From: an uncultured Planctomycetota bacterium
GTDB lineage: Bacteria > Planctomycetota > Planctomycetia > Pirellulales > Thermoguttaceae
Direction of reading: 5' to 3'
Length of the DNA: 61,496 bases
Assembly: GCA_902770245.1 (NCBI GenBank)
Contig: CACXSS010000030.1
Span: 1 to 61,496, forward strand
Shown: positions 1 through 7,018 of the stretch, piece after piece
How positions within the stretch are numbered: position 1 is the first letter of the stretch
Layout of the letters: each line of letters starts with the position of its first letter
Program-made: the position numbers and the translations under genes
Notes under the pieces: model-generated
What the model saw: the letters and a program-made list of their open reading frames with translations, nothing else
Database searches by the model: none
Told to the model about the DNA's origin: nothing

Positions 1-3000
1 CGCCGGATTTGATTTCCAAATTGCCATTGTAGTCGCCTTTGAAGTCCAGCTCACCGGCTTCGACAGCAAAATCATTGGCGGTAAACTGCGTTCCGTCCGC
101 TTTGATCTTGAGCTGTCCGCCGCCCGTCTTGACGACGTTTCCGCCAGTAAGCGTTACATCGTCGGAGAACGTCAGCTGCTTTGAATTGCCAGCGTCGACG
201 TTATAAACCAAAGTAGTGTCGTTGTCAAATTCCATTGGACCGTTTACATTGACGGCTTCTCCTGTCAGCTTCAAAGTTCCTTCAGAAACGGTTGTCTTGC
301 CAGTAAATCCAGAGCGGTCTCCGGAAAGAGTCAAATCGCCCTTGCCGGTTTTGACCATCTCGCCGGAACCGGTAACGTCGCCAGTCAGAGTCAACGAATA
401 ACCTTCGCCAACTTCGACGGTACCATCGGCAACCATCTGAACGTTGTTGTCAGCTTCAACAGAAAGATTGTCGCCGGAATCGAGCTTGATACCCAGCTTG
501 TATCCGCCGTTGACTTCCCAGTTCGGAATAGCAGTCGCTTCGTCAGAATTGGCTAACCAGTATTTACGCAGACCGACAATGTCTTCGCCAGCGGTTAACG
601 CCCAGTCTTCGCCAGCTCTCTGCAAGCCAGCAACGCTGAGGTGAATTGAGTTGCCGCCTTCTCCACGCAGTTCGCGCGGGTATTCGTCGGTATTGACGCC
701 CTCGAATACCAGCGGGTCGTCTGCAATAACGCGATATTGAGCGTTGGTAACGTTGGCGTATGTCGTTCCGTTGCCGTCGGCAGAGGCAATCGCAACGCCC
801 CACGGCAAATCTTCGTTGCCGGAATCCTCGCGAGAACGTTCAATCAACGCGTTGAGTTTGTCATAGTACACATTTTCAGCGGTGCCCCTGTCGGATTCTC
901 CCTGGTGCCAGAGAACGCCCGCAAAGCCGTTAGCGTTTTCATTGAGGAAATCCATCGCATTTTCGAAGTTGGTGTAGATGCCGTTCCAGTCAGTTGCCCA
1001 CTGATCCTGGCTTGTTCCGCCGTATCCAACAGAATACGTTGCAATTGGAACGCCTTCCAGTTCAGCCATTTTATCGGCAAACGCGGGCCACGTCGAACCT
1101 CTGGTACTGTTGTCTAATGGACCTTGCTGCGGGTCAGCGTTGTGCTGCCACTGTCCGGTCTTGGGATTGTAAGCGTAAGCCAGAGGCGACGTTGACGATT
1201 GAGCGGCGTCGCCGTAGTTGGTCGAGTTGGACTGACCAGCGGTGATGAAGATTTCTCCAACGCCAATCTGACCGGATTTGGTTGCGATAACGTTTCCGTT
1301 GGAATCCAACGCCTGATATTGAACGTCGTGCATACCGCCGATAAGGGACGTCGTTCCGGTAAAGGTGCCGTCTGAGTTCATCGTCAGATTAATCCAGTCT
1401 CCGCCGTCAACGGACGCCTGCAGCGTATCAATCGTAATTCCATTTGAAACCGCCCACGTTCCAGCAAGTTTAACGTCGGCAGTGTTCGCCAAGTCTCTTT
1501 GATACATGGACATGGCGTTTGTCGTCAGCAAAGCGTCGACAGGATGAACAAACGTATAAACGTTGGCAATAGCGTATCCGACTTTGGATTCGTCATGCGT
1601 CCAGTCTCGCTGACCGCCCTGATTGTTGGTCGAGGCGTTGGGATTTGTACCGATGCCGTACTGTTTGGCGCCGTTTAGATGATTCAAAGCAAAGATCGTT
1701 TGCTCCGTAGCCAGCGAATGAACCTGCATTGAACCGTGTCCAGCGCCTGTACTTCCTCCAGAGTCATTTATATCGAACGTGTTGTTGTCGCCCTGTGAAA
1801 TGATTCCGCTTTTTGCTTGAGCGTAGTTCGAAGGCCAGAATTCAATATAGCCCTGATTGTGTGAAATGGTTGTATTTGCAGCCGCCTGCTGTCCGGTTGC
1901 AGGATCGTTAATTAAACCTTGAGCCGTCGTTGCGTTGGTGGTAACTTCCAGGTTATTCACAACCTGCTGATAGAATTCCCCGGAATTGGACGTAGGAATT
2001 CCAATTCTGCCAATATCGTTTGTCATAGCGTCAAAGGAAGCGAAAACGTACGTCAGCGGATCGTTCAAAGTTTGAGCGTATTCCATATAATAACCAACGC
2101 GGTCAAAGAGAATGCCTTGACCTTGCAGCTCGGCAAGATTGTTGACAATATCGTATTTAACGCCTTCGTTGTGCCAGTTCGTTCCCATTTGAGTCGTCAA
2201 ACGAACGCCCTGAACCATTGTGTATTCCGATCCGTTTGTAACGTTTGCCATGCCGGGAGCCAAAGCGGCTTCCGCCATAACGTACAGAGTTCGGTTGGAA
2301 TACTGAGACGCGTTGGAGTTGGTTCCGCGATCGGTATCGAACGTGTAATCTGAATGTTCGCTTGCCGTGTTGTTTCCAATTCCGATTTCAATCGTTTTGT
2401 TTGCGGACGTGGCAATTCCATTCCAGGCGTTAAGAGCCATAACCGTCTGCTTGTCTCCATAGTTGTGAATCTGGAAACTGCCGTACGATCCGTTGGTTGG
2501 TTGGTCGCCAAAGTCGTAGGTTGAATCGTTGGCGCCGGGAATGCCGGCAGAGTTCGTTTTTTCGTATGTGTTCCTCCACATTTCAATGTTGCCCTGCAAG
2601 CCAGTTCCGTTGACAACGCCGGGAACGTTAGAAGAAACCGTCAGATTGTTGACCAATCCCTGACGAATCGAGCCGTCAAACGGCATGCCTATATTCGCTG
2701 GATTATTTGTAGTAGCGTCGTAGGAGGCGTAGGCGTAATCGACTTCGCCGTTTGGTTTTTCCAACGTCATATAATAGGCAACTCGTTTGAGCGGCATGCC
2801 TGCCAAATCGCCCAGATTATTGAGGTTGTTTACCGTATAGTTATCGGCATTGTAAGTCCCATAAAGCGGGCAGTCCAGCTTGTAAACCAGGTGCATGTTG
2901 GCGGCTTCAGACTGAATCGGCTGGAAGTGTTCCGCGTCCATGTCAGACAAGACCGGTTTGGCAAAGGTGTAAATGTTGGCAATCGCATACCCGGTTTTAC

Positions 3001-5089
3001 CAGTGTCAAAAGTCCAGTCTCGCTGACCGCCGTCTCTGTTAGTAGAAGCGTTGGGATTTGTACCGATGCCGTATGATTTGCCTGCTTTAAAGTTATTGAG
3101 AGCATAAATGGTTTGTTCCGTATCGAGCGAGTGGATTTGCATGGAGCCGTATCCATAACCCATGTCTGAACCGGAGTCGTTGATGTCATAAGTGTTGCCG
3201 TCGCCCTGAGTAATAACGTTTGCCTTGGCGTTTGTGTAGTTGGACGGCCAGAATTCCAGATAACCGGTATTGTGAGCGTAAGTTGTATTGGGAGTTGCCT
3301 GCGTGGTTGTGCCAGGCGCGCTGATAAGCCCTTCAGTAGCAGGAACGTTTGTCGTTACCTGCATATTTTTAACTTTCTGCTGATAGAACTCGCCTGTGCC
3401 GTAAACAGGAACGCCGATTTTGGAAATGTCCGCCGTCATCGTATCGAAAGACACAAAGACGTAATTCAGATCGCTGTTGGCGGTTTGAGCGTATTCCATA
3501 TAATATCCAACGCGATCAAACGGACCAAGCGTCTTTTGCAGCTGAGCGACGTTATTGGCAATGTTATAATCGACGCCTTGATAATCCGCCCGCCATTCGG
3601 CTCCCATCTGCGTGGTCAGTTTAGCTCCCTGAACCAGAACGTATTTGGAAGCGTCTGCAACGTTTTCCATGCCCGGCGCGATAGCGGGTTGAGCCAAAAC
3701 GTACAGCGAACGAGTTTCATATTTAGACGCGTTGGACGTATCCTTATTGTCTCCGTTGAACGTGTAGTCTGGCGAACCAGCGCCGGTGTTATTTCCAATT
3801 CCAATATCAATGGATTTGTTTCCGGTTGCCTGACCGTTCCATTTATTCAACGCCATAACCGTTTGACCAGCGCCGTAGTTGTGAATCTGGAAACTGGCGT
3901 AGGTGCCGCTTCTGGGTTGGTCGCCGAAATCGTATTCACTTCCGCTGGCGTTGGGGACGTTGGCGGAGTTGGTTTGTGTGTAGTCAGAATTCCACATTTC
4001 TATGTTGCCCGTCGCGATTCCGCTTCCATTGACAACGCCGGGAACGTTGGAACGAACTGTCATATTATTAACCGTCTGCTGACGAACAGAGCCGTCAAAC
4101 GGCAGACCCAGCTGATTCAAGTCGTTAGTCGTTGCATCGTATCCAGCATAGGCGTAATCGACTGTTCCATCAGCCTTTTCCAGCGTCATATAATAACCGA
4201 CTCGTTTGAGCGGCATGCCGGAAAGATCTGAATTAACAGAGTTGTTGATAACGTAATTATTGGCGCTGTATTGTCCCTGCAGAGGGCAATCGAGTTTATA
4301 GAGCAGTTTCATGCCGGAAACTTCGCCGGAAATAGCAGAGTAATCCGAATCGCTCATTTGAGAAAACACCGGTTTGGCGAAGATATCCAGCTGTTTGACG
4401 TTATAAGACTGTGAATTAGCGGCAAACGTCCAGTCCGGTCCCGTATTGGCAATATTGCTGTTTCCTACACCCAGAGCCGCGTCTTCGCCAGCGTTGTTCC
4501 AGTTATTGAACGCGAAAATCGTTGTTCTGTTTTGATAGTCATGCACCTGCATGGAGGCATGAAAACCGTTGTTCGCCTTGTCGCCAAAATCATAGCCCGA
4601 GCGGTCGTTGGCGCCGCTGGCGTTAGGAATGCCTGCCGCGTTGTTCTGCTCGTAGTTTAGATACCAGAATTCGATGTTGCCCTGCGGGACAGACGTTCCT
4701 GCCGTATTGAGCAAGGGCGACTTGGCTTCATAATAAAGATTATGAACGTATCTTTGCTGAATGTTCTGATTGGCATAAACCGGAACGCCAATGCGCGTCA
4801 AATCGCTGGTGTATGCGCCAAAAGACGTATAGCAGAAATTGTCCTCGCCCAAATTCAGACGATAGGCAACCGATTCAATCGGACCCAGGTTCAAATTGGA
4901 GTTGTTAACAGAATACGGAACTCCGTTGACCTTAAAATTCGTGTAGTCCGGAATCGAAAGCGAATAGATGTGGGAATACCCCATCGCTTCGATTTGCTCA
5001 TTTGTTTTAAACGTCTGAGCGGACGACAACGCAACAATGCTAACCGCGAGCGCTACGGCTCCCACAACGCTGGAAATGTACGTTTTCAT
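1..5089 (-). CDS. Large secreted multidomain protein. The 5' end is in the window and the 3' end runs off the left edge. It has a signal peptide, about 5 tandem lectin/beta-sandwich-like modules of about 235 aa, a SASA/SGNH sialate-O-acetylesterase-like domain and autotransporter-associated beta-strand (PATR) repeats.
   Basis: Absent from the ORF track because no stop codon lies in the window. The minus frame with codon ends at 1 mod 3 is the only frame with no listed ORF between 1 and 5089. My translation from the ATG at 5087-5089 gives MKTYISSVVGAVALAVSIVALSSAQ. It shows recurring GNIE[FM]W..YDFGD..[SF][MQ][IV]H motifs, then IFITAGQSNSTNYG and GVLWHQGESD (SASA motifs), then GKGDLTLSGDRSGFTGKTTVSEGTLKLTG (PATR-like). 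Confidence 0.8.
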   Translation of the reverse strand, partial: MKTYISSVVGAVALAVSIVALSSAQTFKTNEQIEAMGYSHIYSLSIPDYTNFKVNGVPYSVNNSNLNLGPIESVAYRLNLGEDNFCYTSFGAYTSDLTRIGVPVYANQNIQQRYVHNLYYEAKSPLLNTAGTSVPQGNIEFWYLNYEQNNAAGIPNASGANDRSGYDFGDKANNGFHASMQVHDYQNRTTIFAFNNWNNAGEDAALGVGNSNIANTGPDWTFAANSQSYNVKQLDIFAKPVFSQMSDSDYSAISGEVSGMKLLYKLDCPLQGQYSANNYVINNSVNSDLSGMPLKRVGYYMTLEKADGTVDYAYAGYDATTNDLNQLGLPFDGSVRQQTVNNMTVRSNVPGVVNGSGIATGNIEMWNSDYTQTNSANVPNASGSEYDFGDQPRSGTYASFQIHNYGAGQTVMALNKWNGQATGNKSIDIGIGNNTGAGSPDYTFNGDNKDTSNASKYETRSLYVLAQPAIAPGMENVADASKYVLVQGAKLTTQMGAEWRADYQGVDYNIANNVAQLQKTLGPFDRVGYYMEYAQTANSDLNYVFVSFDTMTADISKIGVPVYGTGEFYQQKVKNMQVTTNVPATEGLISAPGTTTQATPNTTYAHNTGYLEFWPSNYTNAKANVITQGDGNTYDINDSGSDMGYGYGSMQIHSLDTEQTIYALNNFKAGKSYGIGTNPNASTNRDGGQRDWTFDTGKTGYAIANIYTFAKPVLSDMDAEHFQPIQSEAANMHLVYKLDCPLYGTYNADNYTVNNLNNLGDLAGMPLKRVAYYMTLEKPNGEVDYAYASYDATTNNPANIGMPFDGSIRQGLVNNLTVSSNVPGVVNGTGLQGNIEMWRNTYEKTNSAGIPGANDSTYDFGDQPTNGSYGSFQIHNYGDKQTVMALNAWNGIATSANKTIEIGIGNNTASEHSDYTFDTDRGTNSNASQYSNRTLYVMAEAALAPGMANVTNGSEYTMVQGVRLTTQMGTNWHNEGVKYDIVNNLAELQGQGILFDRVGYYMEYAQTLNDPLTYVFASFDAMTNDIGRIGIPTSNSGEFYQQVVNNLEVTTNATTAQGLINDPATGQQAAANTTISHNQGYIEFWPSNYAQAKSGIISQGDNNTFDINDSGGSTGAGHGSMQVHSLATEQTIFALNHLNGAKQYGIGTNPNASTNNQGGQRDWTHDESKVGYAIANVYTFVHPVDALLTTNAMSMYQRDLANTADVKLAGTWAVSNGITIDTLQASVDGGDWINLTMNSDGTFTGTTSLIGGMHDVQYQALDSNGNVIATKSGQIGVGEIFITAGQSNSTNYGDAAQSSTSPLAYAYNPKTGQWQHNADPQQGPLDNSTRGSTWPAFADKMAELEGVPIATYSVGYGGTSQDQWATDWNGIYTNFENAMDFLNENANGFAGVLWHQGESDRGTAENVYYDKLNALIERSREDSGNEDLPWGVAIASADGNGTTYANVTNAQYRVIADDPLVFEGVNTDEYPRELRGEGGNSIHLSVAGLQRAGEDWALTAGEDIVGLRKYWLANSDEATAIPNWEVNGGYKLGIKLDSGDNLSVEADNNVQMVADGTVEVGEGYSLTLTGDVTGSGEMVKTGKGDLTLSGDRSGFTGKTTVSEGTLKLTGEAVNVNGPMEFDNDTTLVYNVDAGNSKQLTFSDDVTLTGGNVVKTGGGQLKIKADGTQFTANDFAVEAGELDFKGDYNGNLEIKSG
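1835..4672. repeat. Intragenic tandem DNA repeat of about 1.41 kb. Each unit holds two related half-modules.
   Basis: The landmark CCAGAATTC plus its flanking similarity recurs at 1835, 3248 and 4664 (offsets 1413 and 1416 nt, both multiples of 3). A second landmark pair lies near 2828 and 4250. Confidence 0.7.
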
Positions 5090-5274
5090 TTTGTGTTATA
5101 ACAATAATAATGTGTATGCAAAAACCCGATCATATTCGAGCTTATAATCTCCACTAGTTTACTATTATAACACGTTTTTCAAAAAATGAACAACCTAGAT
5201 AAAATTTTTTGAAAATTTTTAAAATAAGGGCAGAAAAAGAGCAAAGAATTTTGACAGGTTCTCTTATTGAAAAA

Positions 5275-5308
5275 CTATTCCCTATACCCTACTCCCTATT
5301 CCCTAAGG
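5275..5308. repeat. Heptamer array (CTATTCC/CTACTCC) x5, directly abutting the stop codon of the 5310 gene
   Basis: The sequence reads ctattcc ctatacc ctactcc ctattcc ctaagg. Confidence 0.9.
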
Positions 5309-5309
5309 T

Positions 5310-6149
5310 CTAATTCCCAAAACCCTTTAGAACTCTCAGGGCTTCTCGACCTGCGCTGTCGGGATCGTCTACGTAGGGATAGAGTTCAACAGTAACCCAG
5401 CCTTTGTAGCCGGATTTTTCGATAGCGTCCAGAATGGGCGGGAAGTCGATAACTCCTTCTCCGGGAACGAGATGATGATGGACTCGCTGTTCGTTGATGT
5501 CCTCTATATGATAATGGCGCGTATGCTCTTTGAGCGGTTCGATCCAGTCGACGGGGTTCTGTCCGACGCAGAAGGCGTGCCCAATATCGAAGTTCAGACC
5601 CAGGCGGGGGCTGTCGATGCGGTCGGCGAATTCCAGGTACTGTTCAAACTTCTCGATTAGCAGCTGCGGTTCCGGTTCGATCAGCAGGTCAACGCCGACT
5701 TCTTCCGCGACTTCAATGCAGGGCATGATTTCCTCATAGAAGACGTCGTAAGCCTCCTGACGGGTCATGCCGTCTGGAATCGGACCGCCGGGATTGGTTT
5801 GAATGTTCTTCGCGCCCAGCTGCGCCGCCAATCGCAGACATCGCTTTGTATGCTCTCGACGAATAGCGCGATAGTCGGCAGACGGCTCAATCCAGGACGG
5901 GTGCCAGTACGGCTGGCGCGGGTCGGCAACGGCGTTCATCATGAAGGCGTTGACGTTGGAAATGGCAAGCCGACATCGTTCCAGGACGTCGCGGATATGC
6001 TCAATCTGAACCGGCAGCAGCCCGGCAGGCCACGCGTGCGGGACGTCCGCCAGAAGTTCAATGGCGTGATAACCCAGTCGGGAAACCTTCAAAGCGGTCT
6101 GTTCAATCGTATAATTTCGGTAGGCGTTTGTACTGTAGGCGAATTTCAT
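5310..6149 (-). CDS. Sugar phosphate isomerase/epimerase (xylose isomerase-like TIM barrel)
   Basis: The ORF 5310..6173 was trimmed to the second ATG (MKFAYSTNAY) because the first 8 codons are encoded by a TAGGCAG-type heptamer array. The layout IELLADVPHAWP, LIEPEPQ, NFDIGH, HYHIED is typical of the family. Confidence 0.75.
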   Translation of the reverse strand: MKFAYSTNAYRNYTIEQTALKVSRLGYHAIELLADVPHAWPAGLLPVQIEHIRDVLERCRLAISNVNAFMMNAVADPRQPYWHPSWIEPSADYRAIRREHTKRCLRLAAQLGAKNIQTNPGGPIPDGMTRQEAYDVFYEEIMPCIEVAEEVGVDLLIEPEPQLLIEKFEQYLEFADRIDSPRLGLNFDIGHAFCVGQNPVDWIEPLKEHTRHYHIEDINEQRVHHHLVPGEGVIDFPPILDAIEKSGYKGWVTVELYPYVDDPDSAGREALRVLKGFGN

Positions 6150-6154
6150 AGGGA

Positions 6155-6183
6155 GGCAATAGGCAGTAGGCAATAGGCAGTAG
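6155..6183. repeat. Heptamer array (GGCAATA/GGCAGTA) x4
   Basis: ggcaataggcagtaggcaataggcagtag lies immediately upstream of the ATG at 6149 (minus strand). Confidence 0.9.
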
Positions 6184-6352
6184 TTTTATGACGCGACAGC
6201 GTTCTGCTAGAACCGCGTCAGCTATTAGCTTGTATTATACAATCTCTTTTTTGAGTTGAAAGAGGGGGCATTTTTTAGTGAGTATTAATAAATTTCTATA
6301 TAATCCGTAATTTTTTCATCTTGACTAAAATTCTTACCTGAGTAAAATATAT

Positions 6353-6462
6353 AGGGAATAGGGGGCAGGGAATAGGGAATAGTAATTCGCCGATGGCGAA
6401 TTTAATACTACTCCCTACTCCCTATTCCCCATTCCCTAAACCACTCCCTATTCCCTACACCC
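6353..6462. repeat. Composite palindromic element: (GGGAATA)n, then the core hairpin AATTCGCC-GAT-GGCGAATT, then (TACTCCC/TATTCCC)n
   Basis: The left and right arrays are reverse complements of each other. The core hairpin spans 6384-6402. The whole ~110 nt can fold as one long hairpin, and it ends 13 nt before the ATG at 6476. Confidence 0.9.
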
Positions 6463-6475
6463 CCATTACGCATCC

Positions 6476-6913
6476 ATGCCACGTAAACGGATATTCCTTC
6501 GTCGCGCTACGATTTTGCACGCAGGCAGTTTGTTCCTGATGCTGATTGTATTTATATTCCTGTCAGTTCATCTAGCAAACCGAAGTCTGGAAGAACTCGT
6601 GCCGTCGGGCGGTCAGGCGACGACAACGCAAAACGGGGAATCGGTTTCAAAAGAACTCAACGCGGCGCAGGCGATGCAAATCGCGAAGATTATCGACTCC
6701 GCGCCGTACGAGAATTTACAGAACAAAACCGAGCTGGCGAAAATTGAACTGAAATACGTCAAAGCGGCTCACGATACGTTTACAATTACCCCCAGCGGCG
6801 TTATCAGCCGCCGCGGCTGGTACAATCAGAAAAAGCTCGACGCCGAGCAAGTTGAGCAGATTATTCAAATCGCGTTCCCGAAAACAGAAGAGGCAGTAGG
6901 CAATAGGCAGTAG
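6476..6913 (+). CDS. Hypothetical membrane-anchored protein with one N-terminal TM helix
   Basis: ORF of 145 aa with the hydrophobic stretch LHAGSLFLMLIVFIFLSV. The last ~7 codons and the TAG stop are supplied by a TAGGCAG heptamer array. Confidence 0.5.
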   Translation: MPRKRIFLRRATILHAGSLFLMLIVFIFLSVHLANRSLEELVPSGGQATTTQNGESVSKELNAAQAMQIAKIIDSAPYENLQNKTELAKIELKYVKAAHDTFTITPSGVISRRGWYNQKKLDAEQVEQIIQIAFPKTEEAVGNRQ

Positions 6914-6984
6914 GCAGCAGTGATTCGCCTGACGGCGAATTCAAATTTCAACTCCTCACTCCTCACTCCTCACTCCTAACTCAC
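6890..6984. repeat. Composite element: (TAGGCAG/A)n, then the core hairpin ATTCGCC-TGAC-GGCGAAT, then (ACTCCTC)n
   Basis: It has the same architecture as 6353-6462 and 13908-13993, but the two arms carry different heptamers. Confidence 0.9.
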
Positions 6985-7018
6985 AACCACTCTTTATTAC
7001 TAACACCTAAATATCACA

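Noticed and set aside
3272-4231. Long plus-strand ORF (319 aa) and other ORFs listed between 216 and 5101
   Set aside because: All lie antisense to, or out of frame with, the continuous minus-strand CDS 1-5089. That CDS has clear domain motifs, whereas these products are low-complexity shadows.
6150-6990. Heptamer arrays considered as possible CRISPR arrays
   Set aside because: The units are 7 nt and directly tandem with no spacers, each array is 20-40 nt long, and no cas genes are present. They are microsatellite or STRR-like repeats, not CRISPR.
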